From positions 384,001 through 448,000 of the forward strand of contig CBDASK010000003.1 of assembly GCA_965199495.1 (NCBI GenBank): a stretch of DNA of 64,000 nt. The letters are read 5' to 3'. The notes under the pieces are model-generated. The model was not told where the DNA came from. It ran no database searches and saw only the letters and a list, made by a program, of their open reading frames with translations. Positions 48,707 through 57,452 of this stretch are shown piece after piece (the stretch's first letter is position 1; each line of letters starts with the position of its first letter). Source of the stretch: Abditibacterium sp. (GTDB lineage Bacteria; Armatimonadota; Abditibacteriia; Abditibacteriales; Abditibacteriaceae). The translations under genes and the position numbers were made by a program.

Positions 48707-49927
48707 ATGAACAGGTCATCTACTGCCGCCAAACAAAGAAAGCTTTGCCCTATGTGCTTGAAGTTCGTGGACGAGTTCTCCGTCGAGGAGGGCGCGGACG
48801 GTTCTTCGGTGCAAAGGTGCCCAGAGTGTGACAATGACGTGCCCTGGCTTTATGTGAGTGATTACGAGAAGTTTCCTCCAGCAGTTTTCAGCGTCATCGG
48901 GTTTCGGAGTCACGGCAAATCCGTGTTCTTAGGCAGCCTTTTTCACGAACTAACAGCCGCCGCCACTGCAAACTCACCCAAGGAATGGCCGCACTTTTCT
49001 TATTCATCGCTCGACCAGGCGGGCATGGATCAAGTTCTTGAAATTAAAAGGAATTTAGAAGACCGCAAGCTACCCGCGCCAACTTTAGAATCGTTTTTTC
49101 AACCCGCAATTTTGAAGATGAGGAACTTGCCCCAATTTGGCTCGCGGCACCTGTTGGCCTACGACACATCGGGAGAACTACTGCAACAAACCGCCAGAAT
49201 CAAAAGCTACCAAAAGGGTTATATCAGCCGAGTTTCTACGATTGTGTTGATCGTGAGTTGGAAGCAATTGGATGTCGCCGAACAATCAAAATATCATCTG
49301 GACGAGTTAATCACCATCTACCGAGAAGCGTTGATTTCCCTGGGCGGCGATCCACAGCAGCAAAGTTTGCTGGTTGTTTTGAGCAAAGGCGACCGCCTGT
49401 TGGGAGAATCAGGTTTGCCCGAACGCGTGACCGAGTTCTTGAAGCCCATCGCAGCAAACGAAAACGGTCAAGGCGTTCACGAAAACGGAGATGCCGCGCA
49501 TTTCGCGCGACTCGACACGCTGTCGCAGGAAATCGAGTTATGGCTGGAAGGCCAAAGGCACTTCAGCACTTTCGTGCGTGAAGCGCGCGCAGAGTTTCAC
49601 CGCGTCGAGTATTGCGTGGCAACAGCGACCGGACATGAGGCCAAAGATAACGTTTTACCCTACGATATCGCGCCGCGCGGAGTGCTTTCGTCTTTGCTGT
49701 GGACATTACGCCTCCAGACGCCCGACGCCCAGGAAGAGCAAGCCCACAAAGCCACTGTCGCCCAGGCCAAGAAACTTTTAGAGCATAGAGATTACGTCAA
49801 ATTCTTTCGTCAAGCCAATCGAGACAAGGATCGGCTACACGCGTTGGATTTTCTCACGGTTGGACGCGGGCGCACCCTGCCCGCAAAGAAATTAGTGTTG
49901 GAATTTAGAAACCGCAGTGAGAGCTGA
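48707..49927 (+). CDS. Zn-ribbon + TRAFAC GTPase (double-GTPase family-like)
   Basis: CPMC..CPEC; G1 GFRSHGKS; G3 YDTSGE; G4 LSKGD; ATG..PRGV. Confidence 0.8.
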   Translation: MNRSSTAAKQRKLCPMCLKFVDEFSVEEGADGSSVQRCPECDNDVPWLYVSDYEKFPPAVFSVIGFRSHGKSVFLGSLFHELTAAATANSPKEWPHFSYSSLDQAGMDQVLEIKRNLEDRKLPAPTLESFFQPAILKMRNLPQFGSRHLLAYDTSGELLQQTARIKSYQKGYISRVSTIVLIVSWKQLDVAEQSKYHLDELITIYREALISLGGDPQQQSLLVVLSKGDRLLGESGLPERVTEFLKPIAANENGQGVHENGDAAHFARLDTLSQEIELWLEGQRHFSTFVREARAEFHRVEYCVATATGHEAKDNVLPYDIAPRGVLSSLLWTLRLQTPDAQEEQAHKATVAQAKKLLEHRDYVKFFRQANRDKDRLHALDFLTVGRGRTLPAKKLVLEFRNRSES

Positions 49928-49964
49928 TGCAGACAAGTTCGACTAAACGAAGGAGATTACAAAC

Positions 49965-50819
49965 ATGGATACAAATTCACCAGATCACGACGTTTTCGGT
50001 GCAGCGAGCCAAGACCTTCAAAACGAAGCTAACACCTCAACTGGAGCTTTTAAGCTCTTCGGCACCATCGCTGTGCTTGCCGTTCTCGGAGTCGTTTCTT
50101 GGATGGGATGGCAGAGTTACTCTTCCAAAAATGAGGTTGCCGTAGCGCCACAACCAACGATTCAAGTAGCAGCAGCGCCTGAAACACCTGTTGCCGCTCC
50201 TGCCTCTGAAACTGCCGATGACCATGATGAACACAAGGCAAATCCGGCTGTTTCGGCGGAAGAGGCCGAAGGCGCGCATCACAAGCATTTCGAGGCCCAG
50301 GGCGCTCTGGTAACTAATCACGAAATCGCGTTATTCATGGAGACACAAAAGGCAGGCGGCGTCTCACCCTCTGAACGCGCGCAAATCGTGACGCAAAGAC
50401 TGAATGAGACGGCGGAATCTACTGGGCTTGACCCAGAAAAAATTGTGGCTCGGATGGAAAACGATTTGGCAACGGTTTACTACGCCAAGCCAGGCAAAGC
50501 GGGCTATGTTTTGGCGACCGTTGATCCCAAGACAGCCGCACAATTCGGTTTCGGCAAAAACCCTGCGCTTCTGACATATTGGTGGCGCGATGTTTTGCGA
50601 GATCATGCGTGCATTATTGCGGGCAATCCACCAATTTATACCACACCTTATTCGAGTATTTTGCAGAGGGTTTACTCGCTCTGTCAGGCAGAGCAAAAAG
50701 GAGTTCCTACTCACGAAAGTTTTGAAACCGCCATCAGCAAACTTTCGCGCGAAGAACACGATGCGTTACAGGGGCTTTATGTTCAGGTGCCCACCAACTA
50801 TCGTCCCCAGACCGATTAA
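49965..50819 (+). CDS. Single-TM protein with His/acidic linker
   Basis: RBS aaggag; TM IAVLAVLGVVSWMGW; DDHDEHK..HHKH; last gene before a terminator. Confidence 0.65.
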   Translation: MDTNSPDHDVFGAASQDLQNEANTSTGAFKLFGTIAVLAVLGVVSWMGWQSYSSKNEVAVAPQPTIQVAAAPETPVAAPASETADDHDEHKANPAVSAEEAEGAHHKHFEAQGALVTNHEIALFMETQKAGGVSPSERAQIVTQRLNETAESTGLDPEKIVARMENDLATVYYAKPGKAGYVLATVDPKTAAQFGFGKNPALLTYWWRDVLRDHACIIAGNPPIYTTPYSSILQRVYSLCQAEQKGVPTHESFETAISKLSREEHDALQGLYVQVPTNYRPQTD

Positions 50820-50829
50820 AAAAAGCAAA

Positions 50830-50872
50830 AACAAAATCCCCGTATCTTAATTGGTGCGGGGATTTTTTGTTG
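50830..50872 (+). terminator. Intrinsic terminator ending the 10-gene operon
   Basis: aaaatccccgtatc-ttaatt-ggtgcggggatttttt. Confidence 0.7.
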
Positions 50873-50977
50873 CGCGGAAGCAACATAATTTGTGAGATTT
50901 CCATCGCGAGTTTATGGTGAAGGCGCAAAGAGAAGCGGCGCAAGTCGCAAATTTCCCTCTTTGACACAAGGAACACC

Positions 50978-52585
50978 GTGAAACTTGAAAACTCACCCTC
51001 TCCCCAGGTCAATGGCATGGCTTACGGCCCGTCCCATCGCCCCGCAACGAAATCTGAGCCACCAGCCCAGCCCAAAGCCGCTCCCGCCAACTGGCAGATC
51101 GTAATGATCCCCGTCGGTCAGATCGGCCCCAACCCGTATCAGCCACGCTTGCAGTTCGATGAGGAAGAGATGACCGAACTGATCGCCAGCGTGCGCGAAC
51201 GCGGCGTGCAACAACCGATCCTGGTTCGCACGACGCCGACTTCCAAAAGTGACGAAAGTGAGAAGCCGACACAGCAATACCAACTGGTCGCGGGCGAACG
51301 ACGTTTGCGGGCCTGCAAAGCCGCTAAACGTCGCCTTATCCCCGCCATCGTGCGCGACGACTTGAGCGATGTGCAAGCGGCTGAATTGGCACTTTTGGAG
51401 AACGTGCAACGCTCCAACCTTAACGTCATCGAAGAGGCCAGAGCTTTTCGGCGGCTGATGCTCGACTTTCGCATGAAGGAAGAGCGCATCGCCAAAAAGG
51501 TGGGCAAATCGGTGGCGACGGTGAAAGACACGCTGCGTTTGCTGGCACTACCAAGCGAAGTTCAGACGCTGATGATCGCGCGTAAGCTGACGGCTTCGCA
51601 CGGCCAACAGTTGCTTCGATTGGCACCTTTCGAGTCAGTGTGCCGCGAAGTGGCGCGCCGAGCAGCGACTGAAGGCATTCCGGCGACGGCGCTTTCGCAA
51701 GAGCCATTGCCAGGTGCCCGTCAACTCCGCGATAGCAAGCTGATTGTGGAACTGGACTTTCGCACCCGCTTCGACTGGAAGAGCGAATGCGGTTCTTGCC
51801 CGCATAAGGCTTACGTTGTGAGCGGCTACCATTCGTATTGCCTCAAGCCCGACGAATGGCAACGCAAGCAAAACGAAGCTATCGAACGAGCCAAACAGGA
51901 AGCGGCGCGTGTGCTGGACGAAGCCAAGCAGAACGACAACGGCGAAGTGGATACCGAGTCACTACCGCCTGGTTCGTATCGTGATTTGACTCACGCGCAA
52001 TTGCCCGCCGGATGCTGCGAAGTCTGCCCGTGTCGCGGCGAGACCACTGATCCGCGTGATCCAACGCAAAAGAAGCCTATTTGTCTGGCGCCAGAACGCT
52101 TTGCCGAACTGGTGCGCGCCGAACGTCAGGCTCACGAAGAAGCGCGCCAACGCAAATTCACCGAGTTCTGGCGCGAAGCACTGCGACGCTTAAACGACGC
52201 AGAGCAGGAACCCGTCGTCTCTTGGGCGACGCTTGCGCTTTGGCCCCTCGTCAAGGGCACGCATCTGCGCTACGGAGAACAGCAAAGCTGGAATGAACTG
52301 GGGCAGCAGGTCGCAACCGAACTCTCACTCGATTTGCCTTGGCAACTCTGGCAGGACGAGGAAACTTCGACCGACCAGCTTCTCACCGAGTTGAAGCGGG
52401 TCGAAACCAACGATCTGCTGCGATTCTTCGGCGCTCTTCTGCTCGCGCAGGAGGCGCTTCAAGCGATTCGCTACGGCGATGAAACGCCACTACTTTCTGC
52501 TGTTCTGGGCCACCAGACGGCGACTCAAGGAGAACTCTCCAATTCAGACGAAACGGAATCTTCCGATTCCGACGAAGAAGAGTAA
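50978..52585 (+). CDS. ParB/RepB/Spo0J family protein with duplicated Cys-rich motifs
   Basis: PNPYQPR, GVQQPILVR, LVAGERRLRA, LENVQRSNL, HTH; CGSCP..YC and CEVCPC..IC. Confidence 0.9.
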   Translation: MKLENSPSPQVNGMAYGPSHRPATKSEPPAQPKAAPANWQIVMIPVGQIGPNPYQPRLQFDEEEMTELIASVRERGVQQPILVRTTPTSKSDESEKPTQQYQLVAGERRLRACKAAKRRLIPAIVRDDLSDVQAAELALLENVQRSNLNVIEEARAFRRLMLDFRMKEERIAKKVGKSVATVKDTLRLLALPSEVQTLMIARKLTASHGQQLLRLAPFESVCREVARRAATEGIPATALSQEPLPGARQLRDSKLIVELDFRTRFDWKSECGSCPHKAYVVSGYHSYCLKPDEWQRKQNEAIERAKQEAARVLDEAKQNDNGEVDTESLPPGSYRDLTHAQLPAGCCEVCPCRGETTDPRDPTQKKPICLAPERFAELVRAERQAHEEARQRKFTEFWREALRRLNDAEQEPVVSWATLALWPLVKGTHLRYGEQQSWNELGQQVATELSLDLPWQLWQDEETSTDQLLTELKRVETNDLLRFFGALLLAQEALQAIRYGDETPLLSAVLGHQTATQGELSNSDETESSDSDEEE

Positions 52586-52603
52586 CTTTCTCAAAACCCA
52601 CTT

Positions 52604-52637
52604 TAGCCCGCTCTTATGAGAGCGGGCTTCTTTTTTA
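52604..52637 (+). terminator. Intrinsic terminator
   Basis: agcccgctct-tatg-agagcgggct followed by tctttttt. Confidence 0.7.
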
Positions 52638-52761
52638 CGTTACTTTCGCTTTGTTGTCTCGACGCAACTGGATTCGTTCTTTCACTCATTTCAGGCCAAT
52701 ATAAGCGGGAAGAGTAAAGCGCCTTGGCGTTTTAAATCTCACTCTTCGCACTTTGAAAAGG

Positions 52762-53913
52762 ATGAGTGAAATGACAATCGAAACCAATGAAGTGAAAGGC
52801 CAAAGCCTCGACTGCGCCCGCGAGTTCGTGCGCGCCGACGACGCTGGCAAGTGGGACACCATCGTGCCCCGACAAAATGTGCAAATGTGCGACGGTCGCC
52901 TGAGTTTCGGTGGCAGGGAGCAACCGCTCACGCCTTCGGGCTGGGCGACAGGACAACTGTGCGCCCGCCTGGGCATTCCGGCGCCCTACTTTCGCAAGTG
53001 CCCGACTGACTTGCAAGACGAGCAAGCCAACTACTGGCTGGAACATGGCCCGCAAAAGCACGGCGAAACGTGGCTGATGCGCGCCAAAGACGAGAATCTG
53101 CGCGCAGTCTTGAGTGATCGTTACAGCCCGCTCGATAACACGACGCTATTGGACGAACTACGAATGCTGTTGCCCGACAGCTATCGCGTGGACTGGTTCG
53201 GATTGCAGGACGAAAGTCTGCATTTGCGCGTGGTTGATCCCACGCGCACCCGCGAACTACTGCCTGACGATGCTTTGACGGTGGGTATCCACCTCGTCAA
53301 CAGCGAAGTCGGTCTGCGCTCGGTTACGGTGGATGCAATGGTTTTTCGCCTGGTTTGCACCAACGGCCTGATTCGTCTGGTCAAAGGGAAAAGTCTGCTG
53401 CGACAACGGCATCTGCACGTGTCGCATCACCGCTTTATCGGCGCGTTGGGCGAAGCCATCGACAACGCACTCAAAGAGTCGGAAGGCTTTTTGAACCAGT
53501 TGGCGACCACGACACAAACCCCCGTGCCCAATATCAGCGATGTGATGGAAAAGATCGCCGACCGGTGGAACTTGAGCGACGAAACGCAGGAGCGCGCGAA
53601 ACTGGCCTTGCGCCAGGAAAACTCGTCCCAGCAAGAATCGCTCTACGGCTTGGTCAACGCCTACACCTCTGCCGCGCAACGCTTGCCAGACTCTGGTCGC
53701 TACGATTTGGAAGTCCTGGCGGGCAATCTGGCCCAGCATGGCGTGGCGGCGTTTGCGCCCGATCGTTCTTCGGTTTCGCCGCGTTTACCCAAACAAAGCG
53801 AAACGAGAAACGGTGACGGCGACGAACCGTTCGACGTGGTGGAAACCGCGCGCGAGATGTTCGAGGCGCAGGTCATGTCGCGCTCTCCCCGCAAGGAGAT
53901 GGTGCGGCCATGA
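52762..53913 (+). CDS. DUF932/DUF945 family protein
   Basis: RAVLSDRYSPLDN, GIHLVNSEVG, FRLVCTNG, LYGLVNAYT. Confidence 0.8.
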   Translation: MSEMTIETNEVKGQSLDCAREFVRADDAGKWDTIVPRQNVQMCDGRLSFGGREQPLTPSGWATGQLCARLGIPAPYFRKCPTDLQDEQANYWLEHGPQKHGETWLMRAKDENLRAVLSDRYSPLDNTTLLDELRMLLPDSYRVDWFGLQDESLHLRVVDPTRTRELLPDDALTVGIHLVNSEVGLRSVTVDAMVFRLVCTNGLIRLVKGKSLLRQRHLHVSHHRFIGALGEAIDNALKESEGFLNQLATTTQTPVPNISDVMEKIADRWNLSDETQERAKLALRQENSSQQESLYGLVNAYTSAAQRLPDSGRYDLEVLAGNLAQHGVAAFAPDRSSVSPRLPKQSETRNGDGDEPFDVVETAREMFEAQVMSRSPRKEMVRP

Positions 53914-54716
53914 CGACACAAACGCAAGATAAACCTGTCGCGATGCAGACCGCCGAGATGACGTGGAGCGCGACGCGGCTCAAGTCTTACCTGACTTGTC
54001 CGCGCCAGTTCCGCTATTCGTATGTGGATGGTATCGCCTCGATCCCGACTTCGCCGCTCGTGTTTGGTCGCGCTTTGCATGGTGCCCTGTGCTTCGTGCA
54101 TGAGCGCCAAATGCAGAGCGGCTCGTTGCCGCCGGTCGGCGATGTGTTGGAACACTTCGATGCGCTATGGAGTGAAGCCTTAAAGGCCGATCCGTTCTTT
54201 CGGGACGGCTCGCCTTCGCCCGCACAGCACTTGACGATGGGCCACGAAATCATACGCGCATATCTGGCCGCGCCCGAAAACCAGAAATTGCCGCTCGCGG
54301 CAGAACTGGCGTTCGAGGTGCAAGCCGGAGACTACCGTCTTGCGGGTATCGTGGATCGTTTAGACGAGAGTGAGAACAGCTTAATCGTCGTGGATTTCAA
54401 GAGCGGAACGCGCAAGCCTTCGCCTAAAGACCTCGACGACGATTTGCAGTTCACTATTTACGCTTTTGCCATCGAGCAGATGATGGGGCGACCCGTTGAA
54501 AAGGTCGTTCACTGCCATCTGCGAACCGGCGATTGCTTTGATACGCACCGAAGCAACGATCACTTCGCGTGGTTGCTGGATGAGGTGCTACCATTTGTGG
54601 CCGGTGGCGTCGCGCGAGGCGAATTTGCTCCGCGTTCCGGTTACTGGTGCAACTGGTGTGACTACCGCGAACTGTGTCGCGCCGAAAATGCGCGAGACGC
54701 TGGGGAGGTGATGTAA
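53910..54716 (+). CDS. PD-(D/E)XK exonuclease (RecB/AddB-like, Fe-S staple Cys)
   Basis: SATRL..YLTCPRQF, FG.ALH, GIVDRLD, VVDFKSG, Q..IY, CNWCDYRELC. Confidence 0.88.
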   Translation: MTTQTQDKPVAMQTAEMTWSATRLKSYLTCPRQFRYSYVDGIASIPTSPLVFGRALHGALCFVHERQMQSGSLPPVGDVLEHFDALWSEALKADPFFRDGSPSPAQHLTMGHEIIRAYLAAPENQKLPLAAELAFEVQAGDYRLAGIVDRLDESENSLIVVDFKSGTRKPSPKDLDDDLQFTIYAFAIEQMMGRPVEKVVHCHLRTGDCFDTHRSNDHFAWLLDEVLPFVAGGVARGEFAPRSGYWCNWCDYRELCRAENARDAGEVM

Positions 54717-55262
54717 ATGGCGTATCCCATTCAACTAACGATTGGCACTGGAAACAAGGTGTCAGTCAATTACCAGTCACAGGAAGTGAATGTTTCTGTG
54801 ACTTACCAACTGGAAAGCGAAGACACCGATCTGTTGAGCTTCGCCCGCGACAAAGCGAGCGAGGTCGCAGCAGTTCACGGAATCGCCTGGAAGCAAATGC
54901 AAGGGAACGCTCAGGCGAAAACCGCGACTCGGACAAAAGTCAAATCTTCTGACGAACCGGATTCAAAACCTGAGTTAGCACCGCAGAATGCAATTCCAAA
55001 AACTGAAAATTCAGCGCCCCCATCTCCCATTACCGATGGACAGTTGGCGGCACTTGAAGCTCTGACACATCAAGCGGATTGGAGCAAAGAGCAGACGCGT
55101 GAGACACTTAGCGACCGCTTTAACAAAGCCGAGTTGAGCGAACTCTCAACGGCTCAGGCCGCGCAACTATTACTCGAACTGCAACGCGCCGAGCGCCTCA
55201 AAACGCAAGCGCGCAGCCGAGAAAGGCGAGCTGCCACAACCCGACAAAACGGTCATCACTAA
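54717..55262 (+). CDS. Hypothetical protein, possible ssDNA-annealing partner
   Basis: Abuts the nuclease; C-terminal ITDGQL...ELSTAQAAQLL motif like the tails of phage annealing proteins. Confidence 0.5.
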   Translation: MAYPIQLTIGTGNKVSVNYQSQEVNVSVTYQLESEDTDLLSFARDKASEVAAVHGIAWKQMQGNAQAKTATRTKVKSSDEPDSKPELAPQNAIPKTENSAPPSPITDGQLAALEALTHQADWSKEQTRETLSDRFNKAELSELSTAQAAQLLLELQRAERLKTQARSRERRAATTRQNGHH

Positions 55263-55307
55263 GATGAACCGCTCCCCCTTCCTGATGGACGAGAGTCCAT
55301 CGTTTAT

Positions 55308-55342
55308 CGCCGCGTTTGCCCTTGGCAGACGCGGTTTTTTGT
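55308..55342 (+). terminator. Intrinsic terminator
   Basis: ccgcgtttgcc-ctt-ggcagacgcgg followed by a T run. Confidence 0.65.
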
Positions 55343-55596
55343 TGCGATTTGACCCGAAACGGTGCGAACAAAACCCCAATCAAGGTCACTCGTCCCAATT
55401 TGTGTCGATTTGAGCGTGAATGTGGCTTAATTCAGCCGTAGAAAAACCAGATTATATTGAGTAATTGCTCTTTCGTTTTCTTTCTCAATATTTTTGTGGA
55501 TGGGGTGAGGGTTGTCTGCTCGCAACTTGATGGGTTTAAACAGTAAGACCGAGCCATAATGGAGCAACCAAACATAAACCGAAAGGTAACATCTCC

Positions 55597-55770
55597 ATGA
55601 ATTTACCCACTCCAACTCCCCAACAAGTCAACGAATTCGCTACTATCTATAAGGAAGAATTTGGTGTAACTTTGAGCCATAGTGAGGCTTGGGAAACGGC
55701 GACGATCACGCTTCAGCTTTTCTATCTGGGCACCTACGGCCTCAAGACCAAAGCTCCCGATCCGACCTGA
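55597..55770 (+). CDS. Small protein (57 aa) upstream of recombinase 2; not in ORF track
   Basis: Hand translation MNLPTPTPQQVNEFATIYKEEFGVTLSHSEAWETATITLQLFYLGTYGLKTKAPDPT; RBS-like gaaaggt. Confidence 0.6.
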   Translation: MNLPTPTPQQVNEFATIYKEEFGVTLSHSEAWETATITLQLFYLGTYGLKTKAPDPT

Positions 55771-55804
55771 ATACAAATACAATCAGCCGCTCTAATCTCA
55801 TGCT

Positions 55805-57421
55805 ATGCCTTACTTTCTCTACGCCCGCAAAAGTCAGGAAGACGACGGACGCCAGGTGCAATCCATCGGTGACCAGTTAAAGATCGGCCACGATTTAGCG
55901 GAGAGTTTGGGAACGACGATCAGCCATGTTTTTCAAGAGGCGCGCTCGGCCAAACGGCCCGGTCGTCCCATCTTCAACGAGATGATCGCCCGCATCGAAG
56001 CCGGTGAAGCTCAGGGCATCATTGCCTGGCATCCCGACCGACTATCCCGCAACGCCGTTGACGCCGGGATGATCATCGACCTGATCGACCGGGGCAAACT
56101 CGTTGACCTCAAGTTTCAATCTTACAATTTCGAGAACACGCCCGAAGGCAAATGGATGCTTAACATCGTGTTAGGTCAGAGCAAATATCAGGTGGATAAG
56201 CTGTCCAAAGACGTGAAGCGCGGTATCCGCTCGAAGTTGGAGAAGGGGCACTATCCGCAAGCCGCTCTGCCTGGCTACCAAAACGATAAAGAGCAGCACA
56301 CCATCATCGCTGATCCGGAACGCTTTGAGATGGTTCAGAGCGCATTCAAATTGATACTAACTGGCGCTTACAGTGCGCCGCAAGCTCTTAACGTTCTCAA
56401 TAATGAATGGGGTTTCCGCACCGCGCGGCGCGCCCGAACCGGCGGAAAACCGTTGAGCCGTTCGTCATTCTTCAGAATGCTTTCCAACGTCTTCTATACC
56501 GGACTGATGGATCACAAAGGAGAGATTTACCCCGGTAAGCATCCAGCGATGTTAACACAAGAGGAGTTCGAGCAGATTCAGCGTATTCAGGGGCGCAGAA
56601 ACATCGTGCAACAGAAGCACGAGTTCGACTTTACCGGCCTAATTCGCTGCGGATTATGCGGCTGCATGATTACCGCCGAAACCAAACGCAAACACTACAA
56701 AGGCACCAATCGCACCGTCTCCTACACCTACTATCACTGCACCGGCAAGCGTGGTGGTTGCGTTAAACAGAGCGTTACCCATGAGATGATCGAGGCGCAG
56801 ATTAAAGAACTGCTGAGTCGCGTGACGCTGCATGAGCGCGTGGCACGCTGGTGTCTCGATCCCGCGCGCGACTATCACCAAGAAGAATCCGGCACCAGCC
56901 ACAACGAAATTGAGGCACTGCAAAAGGCGTTGGCGGGCGCGCAGCGCAAAAAGACCAACCTCATCCAAGCCCAGTTGATCGACTTGGAGATGTTCTCTGC
57001 CATCGAGTTCAAACAGGAGAAAGAACGGCTACAAAATGAGATTAATCAGCTTCAACAGAATTTGAAAAAGGCCGAGCAGAAGTTGGAGCAAGTGCGCCAA
57101 ACCGTCGAGAATGTTTTCGACTTCGCGGTCAACGCCGCCTATAACTTCGAGCATGGCACTACCAAGCTCCGCAAAGAAATCGTCGCGCGATTGGGCGTGA
57201 AATACGTTCTCACTCTGGGAAAGCTCGAAATCGAGCCTCATCCACTGATGGTGCCAATCCTTGGGTTAGAACCTTGCGAAAGAGGCTCTGACAACAAGAA
57301 AGACGGCTCCGGTGAAGCCGTCCGTCCCTCTTGGCTGGCCATGTGGGACGAGATTCTCAATCTGGCTTCAGATTCAGAAGTCAGCGTATTCCCAAAAACA
57401 ATCTGGGGATGTCCGGCGTAA
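55805..57421 (+). CDS. Large serine recombinase 2
   Basis: YARKS, SAKRPGRP.F, WHPDRLSRN, PGY, FYTG, CGLCG..YYHC, coiled coil. Confidence 0.93.
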   Translation: MPYFLYARKSQEDDGRQVQSIGDQLKIGHDLAESLGTTISHVFQEARSAKRPGRPIFNEMIARIEAGEAQGIIAWHPDRLSRNAVDAGMIIDLIDRGKLVDLKFQSYNFENTPEGKWMLNIVLGQSKYQVDKLSKDVKRGIRSKLEKGHYPQAALPGYQNDKEQHTIIADPERFEMVQSAFKLILTGAYSAPQALNVLNNEWGFRTARRARTGGKPLSRSSFFRMLSNVFYTGLMDHKGEIYPGKHPAMLTQEEFEQIQRIQGRRNIVQQKHEFDFTGLIRCGLCGCMITAETKRKHYKGTNRTVSYTYYHCTGKRGGCVKQSVTHEMIEAQIKELLSRVTLHERVARWCLDPARDYHQEESGTSHNEIEALQKALAGAQRKKTNLIQAQLIDLEMFSAIEFKQEKERLQNEINQLQQNLKKAEQKLEQVRQTVENVFDFAVNAAYNFEHGTTKLRKEIVARLGVKYVLTLGKLEIEPHPLMVPILGLEPCERGSDNKKDGSGEAVRPSWLAMWDEILNLASDSEVSVFPKTIWGCPA

Positions 57422-57452
57422 TATGAAAGGTAGATAAGCATCTTTTAAGACT

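Noticed and set aside
53910..54716. Cas4 / CRISPR system
   Set aside because: The Cys pattern is shared with AddB-like nucleases; no cas1/cas2 and no repeat-spacer array anywhere in the window
55278..55305. Hammerhead ribozyme (ctgatgg...)
   Set aside because: Lacks the CUGAUGA/GAAA core; just a GAGA-loop hairpin before a terminator
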